DNA from: Gammaproteobacteria bacterium
GTDB taxonomy: Bacteria > Pseudomonadota > Gammaproteobacteria > Steroidobacterales > Rariloculaceae
Assembly: GCA_035513215.1 (NCBI GenBank)
Contig: DATKCK010000028.1
Location: 2,386 to 66,385 of the forward strand
Length of the DNA: 64,000 bases
Direction of reading: 5' to 3'
Made by a program: the position numbers and the translations under genes
The notes under the pieces: generated by a model
Told to the model about the DNA's origin: nothing
The model's input: the letters and a program-made list of their open reading frames with translations, nothing else
Databases searched by the model: none
Shown: one piece after another, positions 27,421-36,933 of the stretch
Layout: every line of letters begins with the position of its first letter
How positions within the stretch are numbered: position 1 is the stretch's first letter

Positions 27421-30400
27421 TCAGGCGGCGCTGGCCCGAGCCTCCGAGCTGGCGCGAGACGGCGCCATCTGCCAGCGTGAGCGCAACTGATCGAGCCTCT
27501 GGCGGTATTGCGCGACGGATTGTTCCTTGATCGGGCCGTAACCGCGGATCGACTCGGCGAGCCCCAGCATCTCCACCGCCAGCTCGTGCCTTGCCGCGTC
27601 GAGCCCGGACAGAACCTCATCCATCAGTTGCTCGTACTCGGTAATGAGCTCGCGCTCCATGCGCCTTTCCCGCGTACGCCCGAACGGGTCGAGGCGAGTG
27701 CCGCGCAGGCGCTTGAGCTTTGCGAGCAACCGCAGAATCGGAAGCATCCAGCCGCCGAACTCGTACTTCCTCGGCCGCCCGGTCTCGGGGTCGATCGACG
27801 CGAACACGGGCGGCGAGAAATGAAACCGCAGCTTGAAGCCCTTGCCGAAATTCCGTCTCAGGCTCGGCAGGAAGTCTCCCGTCGTGTGCAGCCGTGCGAC
27901 CTCGTACTCGTCCTTGTAGGCGAGCAGCTTGAAGTACGCCTTCGCTGCGGCAACCGTGAGCGCCGTGGCGTCGCCCGCGACTTCTCGCTCCCTGGCCGCG
28001 ACTTTGTCGATGCGATCGCGGTAACGCGATGCGTAAGCCTCGTCCTGGTAGTCGACGAGGAAAGCCCGGCGATGCTCGATCAGGTCCTCGGCCGAGCTCG
28101 GCGCCGCCGCCGGGTCAGCGCCCTGGGCCAGCGCGTGCACACGCTCGGGCTCGGCCGCGGTATACCGGCCCCAGTCGAACGTCCGCTTGTTCATTTCGAC
28201 GTTGCGCCCGAAAAGCTCGAGCGCACGGTATAGCGCGACGCTCGACAGTGGAATCAGACCCTTCTGAAAGGCGAAGCCGAGCAGAAACACGTTCGCCGCG
28301 ATGCTGTCGCCGAGCAGGGCCGAGGCGAGCCGCGTGGCGTCGAGCGTTGCGAGCCCGTCGGGCCGGCTGTGCCGACGCAGCTCGTTGAGCATGCTCGCGA
28401 CCGGGTAGTCCATGTCGGGCTCCCAGATGAACCTCGGCGGCATCTCCTCGTGAGTGTTGACGACGACGGACGAGCGCCGGGCGGAGAGCATCGCCAGCGG
28501 CTCCTGATCGGTCGCAATCATCAGATCAGCGCCGAGCAGAAGATCGACCTGACCATGCGGAATGCGCATTCCGTGAACGCGGTCGCGCTCCGAGGCGATA
28601 CGGACATGCGAGAGCACGGCGCCGAATTTTTGCGCGAGACCGGTCTGATCGAGCTGCAGCACGAACTTGCCTTCGAGATGCGCTGCGAGACCGATCAGGC
28701 CGCTCGCCGTGACGACGCCGGTGCCGCCGACGCCCGCGATCAGAATGTTGTATGCCGCGCCAATATCGGCGATCTCGGGCTCCGGCAGCTCGGGCAGCTC
28801 CCGCGTGGCGAGCGCGCTCGTCGGCGTGCGGCTCGCGCCGACGAGCGAGACGAAGCTCGGACAAAATCCTTCGAGGCAACTGAAGTCCTGATTGCAGGAG
28901 CCCTGATTGATGCGCCGCTTGCGCCCGAGCTCGGTCTCGAGCGCCATGACCGACAGGCAGTTGGATTGCAGATTGCAGTCACCGCAGCCCTCGCAGACGA
29001 GCTCGTTGATCACGACACGCCGATCGGGATACGGAATCTGGCCGCGCTTGCGCTTTCGATGCAGCTCCGCAGCGCAGGTCTGATCGTAGATCAGCGCCGA
29101 GACGCCCGGCGCTTCGCGCAGCTCCCGCTGCAGGCTGTCGAGATGGTGCCGGTGATGCACCGTGACGAAATCGGGCAACCCGATCCTCGACGAGTGCTTC
29201 TCGGGATGGTCGCTGACGATGGCGATCGGCTTCACGCCCTCGGCCGCGAGCTGCTGCGCGACGCGCGCAACGGTCAGGTTGCCTTCGACGACCTGGCCTC
29301 CCGTCATTGCGACCGCATCGTTATAGAGAATCTTGTAGGTCATGTTGACGCCAGCCGCGACGGCCGCGCGAATGGCCAGGATGCCCGAGTGGGCGTAAGT
29401 GCCGTCGCCGATGTTCTGGAAGACGTGCCGGGTCTCGGTAAACGGCGCCTGGCCGATCCAGGTCGCGCCCTCGCCGCCCATCTGGGTGTAGGTTACGGTA
29501 TCGCGGTCCATCCAGGCCGCCATGAAGTGACAGCCGATGCCGGCGATGGCGCGGCTGCCTTCGGGAACGCGCGTCGACGTGTTGTGCGGACAGCCGGAGC
29601 AGAAATGCGGCTTGCGCTCGGCGTCCGTGATCCGGGCGGCAAAATACTTTTCCTGCACCTCCAGGAACCTGACCCGCTGATCGACGTCGTCGCTCGAATA
29701 GAAACGGCGCATGCGGTTCGCCAATACGCGGGCGATGCGAGCGGGCGTCAGCTCGCCGGCCGACGGCAACAGCCACTCGCCGTCCTCGTCGCGCTTGCCG
29801 ATGATCAGCGGCCTGAGCTTGGCCTGCCAGTTGTAGAGCTGCTCCTTGAGCTGGCTCTCGATGACGCCGCGCTTTTCCTCGACGACGATGATCTCGTCGA
29901 GACCTTCGGCGAACTCGCGAATGCTCTGCGGCTCGAGCGGCCAGCTCATGCCGACCTTGAAGATTCTGATGCCGATATCAGAAGCCCTGGCGCGATCGAT
30001 GCCGAGATCCTCGAGCGCCTGGAGCACGTCGAGATGCGCCTTGCCCGTCGTGACGATCCCGAGATGGGGCTTGTCGGAATCCACGATCACGCGATTGAGC
30101 CGATTGACCCTCGCGAACTCGACGGCCGCGCGGAGCTTGTGGTGCTGGAGCCTGAATTCCTGGTCGTTCGGAGGATCGGGCCAGCGAATGTTGAGCCCTC
30201 CGGGCGGCATGTCGAACTGCGGCGTGAGTATCCGAAGCTCGTCCTGATCGAGAACGATCGTCTGCGTCGCGTCGGCCGTCTCCTGAATGACCTTGAAGCC
30301 GACCCAGCAGCCGCTGAAGCGGGACAAGGCGTAGCCGTAGAGGCCGAGATCGACGACTTCCTGGATATCGGCGGGATTCAGCACCGGCATCATCGCGTCG

Positions 30401-30894
30401 ATGAAGCTGTATTCGCTTTGCTGCGGCAGCGACGACGACTTGCAGGTATGGTCGTCGCCCGCGGCGACGATCACCCCGCCGTGAGCCGAGGTGCCGGCAT
30501 AGTTGCCGTGCTTGAATGCGTCACCGGAGCGGTCGACGCCGGGCCCCTTGCCATACCAGAGGGCGAAGACGCCGTCGAACTTCGCGCCTTCGAACAGATT
30601 CGTCTGCTGGCTGCCCCAGATGGACGTCGCGGCCAGGTCCTCATTGAGGCCCGGCTGGAAACGGATGTTGGCCGCGTCGAGGTACTGCTGCGCCCGCCAG
30701 AGCTCCTTGTCGAGGCCGCCGAGCGGGGAGCCGCGGTAGCCCGAGACGAACCCGGCCGTGTTGAGGCCGGCACGGACATCGCGCTGCTGTTGCGCCAGCA
30801 GCAGGCGCACGAGCGCCTGCAGCCCGGTGATGTATAAGGTGTCCGATTCGAAGCGGTAGCACTCGTCGAGGCGACTGATTTCCCGTAACTGCAT
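27421..30894 (-). CDS. Indolepyruvate ferredoxin oxidoreductase family protein (fused alpha/beta)
   Basis: This 1157-aa protein has a TPP-binding region, 4Fe-4S motifs (CEGCGDC...C) and a typical fused IorA/IorB length and N-terminus (YITGLQALVRL). Confidence 0.85.
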   Translation of the reverse strand: MQLREISRLDECYRFESDTLYITGLQALVRLLLAQQQRDVRAGLNTAGFVSGYRGSPLGGLDKELWRAQQYLDAANIRFQPGLNEDLAATSIWGSQQTNLFEGAKFDGVFALWYGKGPGVDRSGDAFKHGNYAGTSAHGGVIVAAGDDHTCKSSSLPQQSEYSFIDAMMPVLNPADIQEVVDLGLYGYALSRFSGCWVGFKVIQETADATQTIVLDQDELRILTPQFDMPPGGLNIRWPDPPNDQEFRLQHHKLRAAVEFARVNRLNRVIVDSDKPHLGIVTTGKAHLDVLQALEDLGIDRARASDIGIRIFKVGMSWPLEPQSIREFAEGLDEIIVVEEKRGVIESQLKEQLYNWQAKLRPLIIGKRDEDGEWLLPSAGELTPARIARVLANRMRRFYSSDDVDQRVRFLEVQEKYFAARITDAERKPHFCSGCPHNTSTRVPEGSRAIAGIGCHFMAAWMDRDTVTYTQMGGEGATWIGQAPFTETRHVFQNIGDGTYAHSGILAIRAAVAAGVNMTYKILYNDAVAMTGGQVVEGNLTVARVAQQLAAEGVKPIAIVSDHPEKHSSRIGLPDFVTVHHRHHLDSLQRELREAPGVSALIYDQTCAAELHRKRKRGQIPYPDRRVVINELVCEGCGDCNLQSNCLSVMALETELGRKRRINQGSCNQDFSCLEGFCPSFVSLVGASRTPTSALATRELPELPEPEIADIGAAYNILIAGVGGTGVVTASGLIGLAAHLEGKFVLQLDQTGLAQKFGAVLSHVRIASERDRVHGMRIPHGQVDLLLGADLMIATDQEPLAMLSARRSSVVVNTHEEMPPRFIWEPDMDYPVASMLNELRRHSRPDGLATLDATRLASALLGDSIAANVFLLGFAFQKGLIPLSSVALYRALELFGRNVEMNKRTFDWGRYTAAEPERVHALAQGADPAAAPSSAEDLIEHRRAFLVDYQDEAYASRYRDRIDKVAAREREVAGDATALTVAAAKAYFKLLAYKDEYEVARLHTTGDFLPSLRRNFGKGFKLRFHFSPPVFASIDPETGRPRKYEFGGWMLPILRLLAKLKRLRGTRLDPFGRTRERRMERELITEYEQLMDEVLSGLDAARHELAVEMLGLAESIRGYGPIKEQSVAQYRQRLDQLRSRWQMAPSRASSEARASAA

Positions 30895-31014
30895 TCAAAC
30901 ACTCTCTGGCCAAACGCTGAACAGCGGCGTTGCCCGGCGACATTATAGGACCTCGACGTGCTCGCGCCGAGTTGGGAGAATCGGACGATCGGGTAACGCC
31001 CGCCCACGCCAGCC

Positions 31015-32592
31015 ATGCCGCAAATCCAACCGATCATCAGACTCGATCACGTCGATGTCGACGTCGACGGTGAGCGCATCCTGCGCGATCTCGATTTCGC
31101 GATCATGCCGGGCCGGCATTTGGGGGTGGTCGGCGCCAACGGCAGCGGCAAGTCGACGCTGCTCGCCCTGCTCGCGGGCCGGCGCTGGCCCGCACCGGGG
31201 CGGGGCTCGCGCGTCTACGACTTCGGCGCGGGCCCGGAGCGCGACGCCGTGACGGCGCGCGAGCGCGTCGCGCTACTCGGCCATGAGCTGCAGGACGCCT
31301 ACGCGGCCCGCGGCTGGAACTATCGCGCGCGGGACGTCGTGCACTCCGGCCTCACCCGCACCGACGTTCCGCTGCGGCGCCGGAGCGCGGCCTCGCAAAG
31401 ACAGGCCGACGCCCTGCTCGCCGGCATGGGACTCGGCGATCTCGCCGAGCGCCGGTTCCTCGAGCTCTCGCGCGGTGAGCAGCGCCGCGTCCTGATCGCA
31501 CGCAGCCTGGCCTTCGAGCCGGCGATGCTATTGCTCGATGAGCCTGCCGGCGGACTCGACGCGTCGTCGCGCGCCGCGCTCGAGGAGACGCTCGCGCTCG
31601 CGGCCGGCAGAACGACGCTCGTTGCGGCCGGTCACGGCATCGAGGAATTGCCGCGCGTCGTCACGAATGTTGCGCGGCTCGAGGGCGGTCGACTGCTGAG
31701 CGGCGATGCGCCGCCGCGCACCGAACCCGCCGCGGCTGCCGACCAGTTCCGTGCCGTCGATGCACCCTTGGAAGCCGGCGCGGGGCGCGCGGACGATGGC
31801 CCGGCGGGCGCAGCGGGCAGCACGTCGCTCGCCGAACGGAATCGCCCCGGGCAGGATCAGCGCATGATCGCGCTCGAAGCCGCCAGCGTCTGGCTCGGGG
31901 GGCGCGAGATCCTGCACGCGCTCGACTGGGAGCTCAGGCGCGGCGAGCACTGGCTCGTCGAAGGCGAGAACGGTGCCGGCAAGAGCACGCTGCTCAAGCT
32001 CTTGCACGGTGAGCTCCGGCCGGCCCGGGGTGGCTCGATCTCCTGGCCCGGCCTCGGCGACCCACGCGATGTCTGGACGCTGCGCCGGCGGATCGCGCTC
32101 GTCTCTGCCGAGCTTCAGGCCCGCTACCGCTTGCCGACGCGCGTGTTCGATGCCGTCGGATCGGGCTTTCATTCGAGCATCGGACTGACGCGGCCTTTGA
32201 CGGCAGCGCAACGCGAGCACATCGGCACGCTGCTCGATGCCTTCGAGCTCGAGACCTTGAGCCGGCGCCTCTTATCGACGCTGTCCTATGGGCAGCGCCA
32301 CCGCGCGCGGATCGCGCGCACGCTCGTCACGGGCCCGGCGATCGTGCTGCTCGATGAGCCCTGGGAGGGCCTCGACAGCGCAACCCGCGAGCTCGTCGCC
32401 GCCGAGCTCGCCAGGCGCATGGCGGCCGGCACTCAGGTGATCTGCGTGTCCCACACAGGTCCGAAGAAGCTCGCGCTCGATCGGACGCTGAGGCTCGAGG
32501 CTGGCCGCATCGTCAATGCCGGTGACAGCGCCGCACCTCGCGGAAATTCAACCAGTGCGCCGCTGCAAGCAGCAGGCTCCCCACCACGCTGA
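31015..32592 (+). CDS. Duplicated ABC ATPase (ModF-like)
   Basis: It has two ATP-binding cassettes: GANGSGKST with LSRGEQRR and LLLDEP, then GENGAGKST with LSYGQRHR and VLLDEP. There is no membrane domain. Confidence 0.8.
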   Translation: MPQIQPIIRLDHVDVDVDGERILRDLDFAIMPGRHLGVVGANGSGKSTLLALLAGRRWPAPGRGSRVYDFGAGPERDAVTARERVALLGHELQDAYAARGWNYRARDVVHSGLTRTDVPLRRRSAASQRQADALLAGMGLGDLAERRFLELSRGEQRRVLIARSLAFEPAMLLLDEPAGGLDASSRAALEETLALAAGRTTLVAAGHGIEELPRVVTNVARLEGGRLLSGDAPPRTEPAAAADQFRAVDAPLEAGAGRADDGPAGAAGSTSLAERNRPGQDQRMIALEAASVWLGGREILHALDWELRRGEHWLVEGENGAGKSTLLKLLHGELRPARGGSISWPGLGDPRDVWTLRRRIALVSAELQARYRLPTRVFDAVGSGFHSSIGLTRPLTAAQREHIGTLLDAFELETLSRRLLSTLSYGQRHRARIARTLVTGPAIVLLDEPWEGLDSATRELVAAELARRMAAGTQVICVSHTGPKKLALDRTLRLEAGRIVNAGDSAAPRGNSTSAPLQAAGSPPR

Positions 32593-32899
32593 GCGTGACC
32601 TCCAACGCTTCGCTCCAGTTCTCGTGGCCGTAGATCGCTGCCGCGGCAAGAACGATGATGCCGACGGTCCCGAGGACGACGAGCCCGGCCCGGCGGTGCA
32701 GCCGATAGCCGAGCACGAAGCCAAGCAGGCTCGTCGGCACGACGAGCCACAGCATAACCCCATGAAAATGCTCACTATCTCCGAAGGACAGCGCCACGAT
32801 GGGGAGCAAGGCGACGAGCAGGGGGACGGCCAGGCAATGGACGATGCAAATGGCCGAGAGCGCGATCGCGACCCGGTCGAAATGCCTGGAAAGCTGCAT
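32513..32899 (-). CDS. MerC-family small membrane protein
   Basis: The product begins MQLSRHFDRVAIALSAICIVHCLAVPLL and has four predicted TM helices, resembling MerC-domain proteins. The start is at the internal ATG 32899. Confidence 0.6.
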   Translation of the reverse strand: MQLSRHFDRVAIALSAICIVHCLAVPLLVALLPIVALSFGDSEHFHGVMLWLVVPTSLLGFVLGYRLHRRAGLVVLGTVGIIVLAAAAIYGHENWSEALEVTLSVVGSLLLAAAHWLNFREVRRCHRH

Positions 32900-33067
32900 C
32901 GGATGCCTTATTGCTCGATGATCCGGAACCGGCTGCGGCCGGGGCGGCGAGCATACCCCACTTGGTGCAAGCGAGGCAGCCGGCTGGTATTGTGACTTAT
33001 GTCGCACTGCTTGCCATCGCGGTGTGCCACGATGGTCTTACTCGACGAATCACGGAGTTCAAGGAAC

Positions 33068-33688
33068 ATGAAGCGGATCATCGCGCTGGTGATGTTGCTG
33101 CCCTCGGTAGCCCTGACCCAGGAAGACAGTCAGATCAGCTACGACTGGTTTGATCTCAGTTACTATCGAACGGACTGGGATTCAGGCGCTATCGAAACCG
33201 ACGGCACGGGCTGGGCCGGCCGATTCTCGATCGGCATTCGCGAGCACGTCTATCTCGGCGGCGAGTACCGCAACTGGGAAGCCGACGGCATAGCCGACGG
33301 ATCCACGTATAAGCGCTTCGGCTTCGGTGTCCACCGCGGCATCGGCGATCGATGGAGCATCTTCGGCGAGGCCGGGTTCACGTCGCTCGATCTCGATCTC
33401 GGCGCGGGCAACATCGAGGACGACCCTGCCTATTTCGCGGCCGGCGTCCGCTGGTACGTCGCCGACGGATACGAGCTTCGCCTGAGCGGTGAGTTCACGG
33501 AAGCGGGCAGAGGCACGCCCGTGGGCCGGGGCGAGGCGGCTGTCACTTTCGGCGGCGACATGTATATCACGGACGCCGTCGCGATCACGATCGAGGCCAC
33601 CGAGAACGACGACCACACGACGAGTTTCCTGATCGGCTTCCGTATCTATCACAAGAAGGATACGTCGGGGCTCAGACAGCGGCGTTAG
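33068..33688 (+). CDS. Outer-membrane beta-barrel protein (OmpA-beta/OmpW-like)
   Basis: It has the signal peptide MKRIIALVMLLPSVALTQ, alternating aromatic/hydrophobic strands and a C-terminal aromatic-rich end. AAGGAA precedes ATG 33068. Confidence 0.55.
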   Translation: MKRIIALVMLLPSVALTQEDSQISYDWFDLSYYRTDWDSGAIETDGTGWAGRFSIGIREHVYLGGEYRNWEADGIADGSTYKRFGFGVHRGIGDRWSIFGEAGFTSLDLDLGAGNIEDDPAYFAAGVRWYVADGYELRLSGEFTEAGRGTPVGRGEAAVTFGGDMYITDAVAITIEATENDDHTTSFLIGFRIYHKKDTSGLRQRR

Positions 33689-33765
33689 TCGAACGCCCAG
33701 ATTCCGGACGAGGATCTCCCGGACCGGTTGCACCCTGCGTCAGCGCGGGCTGGCCCCCATCCCGC

Positions 33766-33805
33766 AAAAAAAACGCCGCGACAACGTCGCGGCGTTTTGT
33801 TTTTG
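33766..33805. terminator. Bidirectional rho-independent terminator
   Basis: An A-run, a 10-bp stem (acgccgcgac / gtcgcggcgt) with a 3-nt loop, then TTTTGTTTTT. It lies between the convergent OMP gene and amtB. Confidence 0.8.
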
Positions 33806-33823
33806 CCGGAAAGGATGCGAATC

Positions 33824-35077
33824 CTAGTCGGCGGCCTTGAACTCGGGGTAGGCCTCGAGCCCGCACTCCCCGATATCCACGCCCTCGTACTCCTCGGCCT
33901 CGTCGACCCGGATGCCCATCACCATCTTGATGACCAGCCAGACGATGAAGCTCATGATGAATACCCAGGCGAATATCGCGACGATGCCGAGCAACTGCGC
34001 GCCGATCGTCGCGTCCGGATTGGACAGGCAAACGGCGAGGAGGCCCCAGATGCCGACGACGCCGTGAACCGAGATCGCGCCGACGGGATCGTCGATCTTG
34101 AGAACGCGGTCGAGCATGACGATCGACGGCACGACGATGAGTCCGCCCACCATGCCGATGAACGTCGCCAGCATTGGAGTCGGCGTCAATGGCTCGGCCG
34201 TAATCGCAACGAGACCCGCGAGCGCACCGTTCAGCGCCATCGTCAGATCGGCCTTGCCGAACCATAATCGAGCCAGCAGGAGCGCTGCGACGAGACCGCC
34301 GGCAGCCGCCATGTTCGTGTTGACGAACACGAGGGCCACGGCATTCGCTTCGCCGACGTTCGACACCATGAGCTCCGAGCCGCCGTTGAAGCCGAACCAG
34401 CCGAGCCAGAGGATCAGCGTGCCGAGCGCGGACAGCGGCAGGTTCGCACCCGGGATGGCCTTGACCTCGCCGCCCGGCCCGTACTTGCCCTTGCGAGCGC
34501 CGAGCAGAATGACGCCCGCGAGCGCCGCAGTGGCGCCGCACATGTGGACGACACCCGAACCGGCGAAATCCAGGAAGCCTGCCTGGTCCAGCCAGCCGCC
34601 GCCCCACTTCCAGTACCCCTGGGTCGGATAGATGAAGCCCGTCAGAACGACCGCGAAGATAAAGAAGGACCAGAGCTTCATGCGCTCGGCAACCGCGCCG
34701 GAGACGATCGACATTGCCGTCGCTACGAAAACGACCTGGAAGAAGAAATCCGACAGGCTCGAGTAGTACGGCGCGTCCTCGCCGCCTGCTATGACGTCGG
34801 CGGCCGCATTGTCGGAGGACGTAAGCCAGGCGAACTCGCCGAGATACCCCTCGATCGAGGCCGCGCCCGGATACATCAGGTAATAGCCGCAAAGCATGTA
34901 CATGATGCAGGCGATCGAATAGAGGCCGACGTTCTTGGTCAGGATCTCGGCCGTGTTCTTGGCGCGCACCAGACCCGCTTCCAGCATCGTGAAGCCCGCG
35001 GCCATCCACATGACCAACGCTCCACAAACGAGGAAATAGAACGTGTCCAGGGCGTATGCCAGTTCTGCAATTTCCAT
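33824..35077 (-). CDS. amtB: Ammonium transporter
   Basis: This 417-aa polytopic protein has Amt signatures (FAGSGVVHMCGA, LGWFGFNGGS) and lies downstream of glnK. Confidence 0.9.
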   Translation of the reverse strand: MEIAELAYALDTFYFLVCGALVMWMAAGFTMLEAGLVRAKNTAEILTKNVGLYSIACIMYMLCGYYLMYPGAASIEGYLGEFAWLTSSDNAAADVIAGGEDAPYYSSLSDFFFQVVFVATAMSIVSGAVAERMKLWSFFIFAVVLTGFIYPTQGYWKWGGGWLDQAGFLDFAGSGVVHMCGATAALAGVILLGARKGKYGPGGEVKAIPGANLPLSALGTLILWLGWFGFNGGSELMVSNVGEANAVALVFVNTNMAAAGGLVAALLLARLWFGKADLTMALNGALAGLVAITAEPLTPTPMLATFIGMVGGLIVVPSIVMLDRVLKIDDPVGAISVHGVVGIWGLLAVCLSNPDATIGAQLLGIVAIFAWVFIMSFIVWLVIKMVMGIRVDEAEEYEGVDIGECGLEAYPEFKAAD

Positions 35078-35110
35078 TGTTTATTTACTCCCGTTTGTTC
35101 CTGTCAGGGC

Positions 35111-35479
<369 letters not shown>

Positions 35480-35497
35480 TTACGACCGCCCGGACAG

Positions 35498-35513
35498 TGC
35501 AGCATCCGTGCCA
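35498..35513 (-). promoter_or_regulatory. Sigma-54 (-24/-12) promoter for glnK-amtB
   Basis: The minus strand reads TGGCACggatgCTGCA, against the consensus TGGCAC-N5-TTGCA. It lies about 50 nt upstream of the glnK ATG, and a GAAGGAA Shine-Dalgarno follows. Confidence 0.6.
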
Positions 35514-35587
35514 AAAGCAAACGGCTACTGGAATCAGACAGTTAGAACGGAAATGGGATTTCTCGCTCGAATCGGCGCGAGCGATCG

Positions 35588-35606
35588 TGGTGCACGTGAC
35601 GCACCA
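35588..35606. promoter_or_regulatory. Dyad TGGTGC-N7-GCACCA upstream of the sigma-54 promoter (candidate enhancer/NtrC-type site)
   Basis: The dyad has perfect 6-bp arms and lies 75-93 bp upstream of the -24/-12 element. It contains TGCAC/GCACC-like half sites, but the arrangement differs from the canonical NtrC site. Confidence 0.3.
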
Positions 35607-35636
35607 ATTCAGGGCGAGGCGGGGTCGGTCGGTCGG

Positions 35637-35942
35637 CTAGGAGCGATTGTAGGGATCGAAGCCGCCGCCGAGCTTGACCTTGAAGGTCTGCTCGATTCGG
35701 AGCTCGCTGGACGTGCCGTCGCTGCTGCTCTTTTGGGCGGCGTTTGAGCTCTTGAGCCCTCTGACCTGCCGCGTCGGCTCGAGCGCAAGCGCCGAGTTAT
35801 CGAGCCGCTTCAGCACGATCGATGTGCTGTCGAGCTGATCGTCGTTCCACTGCCAGACGTTCCGCCCGCGGCTGTCGATGACGACGCGGCCCGCGGGATT
35901 CGATCCGGGGCCGGGGATCTGCTTGTTTCTGCCGGTGTCCAT
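35637..35942 (-). CDS. Hypothetical protein (101 aa)
   Basis: This ORF has a plausible non-Arg-rich composition in an otherwise unassigned gap. I recognise no motif in it. Confidence 0.4.
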   Translation of the reverse strand: MDTGRNKQIPGPGSNPAGRVVIDSRGRNVWQWNDDQLDSTSIVLKRLDNSALALEPTRQVRGLKSSNAAQKSSSDGTSSELRIEQTFKVKLGGGFDPYNRS

Positions 35943-36039
35943 ATTCTGTCAAATCGGGCGATGTGCCACTGAACTGTGGCGACCGTAGCAGCGATTCCCG
36001 GGGCCGTTCCATTAATGCCGTCACAATTCCGAACGAAGC

Positions 36040-36834
36040 CTAGGCTCCGAGCACCTTCAGCGCCTGCTCGTGCAGCTTCGCGCTCGCCGCGGCCACGACG
36101 TTGCCGCCGGCGAGCACGGAACCGCCCTCCCAGCTCGTGACGACGCAGCCAGCCTGCTCGAGGATCGGCACGAGCGGCACGATATCGAAGGGCTTGAGTC
36201 CGGATTCGACGACCAGATCGGCGAAACCGGCGGCGAGCATCGCGTAGTTGTAGCAATCGCCGCCGTAACGATCGAGCAGGCAGGCTGCCGCAAGCCGATC
36301 GAAGGCCGTCTTGTCGTTCCCCCGAAACATGCCGGGATGCGTCGAGGAGAGCCTGGCGCTGCCGAGATCGGCGCATTGGCTCGACTTCAGACGCTTGCGG
36401 CCGTCGGACCGGATCAGCCAGCTTCCGGCCGGCGAACCGAAAAAGAGCTCGCCGAGAATCGGCTGCGCCAGCAGGCCGACGACGGCCCGGCCCGATACGG
36501 TCAGGCCGACCAGCGTGCCCCAGAGCGGCGATCCCATCAGAAAGGCGCGCGTGCCGTCGATCGGATCGATATACCAGCAATACTCGGCGTCCGTCGCCGT
36601 GGACCCGGATTCCTCGGCGACGATGCCGTGCTCGGGGTAGGTCGACTGAATCGTTTCGCGCAGGACCTTCTCGATCGCATGATCGGCGCTCGTCACGGGA
36701 TCGAATCCCTTTTCGTCCTTGTTGTCGACCGAGAAATGGCTGCGAAAGTAAGCCTCGGCGATGCCGCCGGCCGTGTGGGCGAGCTCGAGCGCGAAGCCCT
36801 CGAGCTCGATGAGGACTTCCTCGCGCGCGCTCAT
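36040..36834 (-). CDS. Inositol monophosphatase family protein (possibly histidinol-phosphatase HisN type)
   Basis: It contains VTSADHAIE, WYIDPIDGTRAF and GGDCYNYAMLAAG motifs of the IMPase/HisN family. Confidence 0.8.
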   Translation of the reverse strand: MSAREEVLIELEGFALELAHTAGGIAEAYFRSHFSVDNKDEKGFDPVTSADHAIEKVLRETIQSTYPEHGIVAEESGSTATDAEYCWYIDPIDGTRAFLMGSPLWGTLVGLTVSGRAVVGLLAQPILGELFFGSPAGSWLIRSDGRKRLKSSQCADLGSARLSSTHPGMFRGNDKTAFDRLAAACLLDRYGGDCYNYAMLAAGFADLVVESGLKPFDIVPLVPILEQAGCVVTSWEGGSVLAGGNVVAAASAKLHEQALKVLGA

Positions 36835-36933
36835 GGCGGGGGATTATGAAGCAAGACCCGGGCACCTGCGACCGAGGCAATGGTGGTATCGTCGGCCGAT
36901 CGAACGGCGCTTACGATAATGGGGGGATAAGAA

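Noticed and set aside
28369-30837. An 822-aa plus-strand ORF antisense to the indolepyruvate oxidoreductase gene.
   Set aside because: The same reasoning applies: this is a GC-driven open frame opposite a well-supported gene with clear cofactor motifs.
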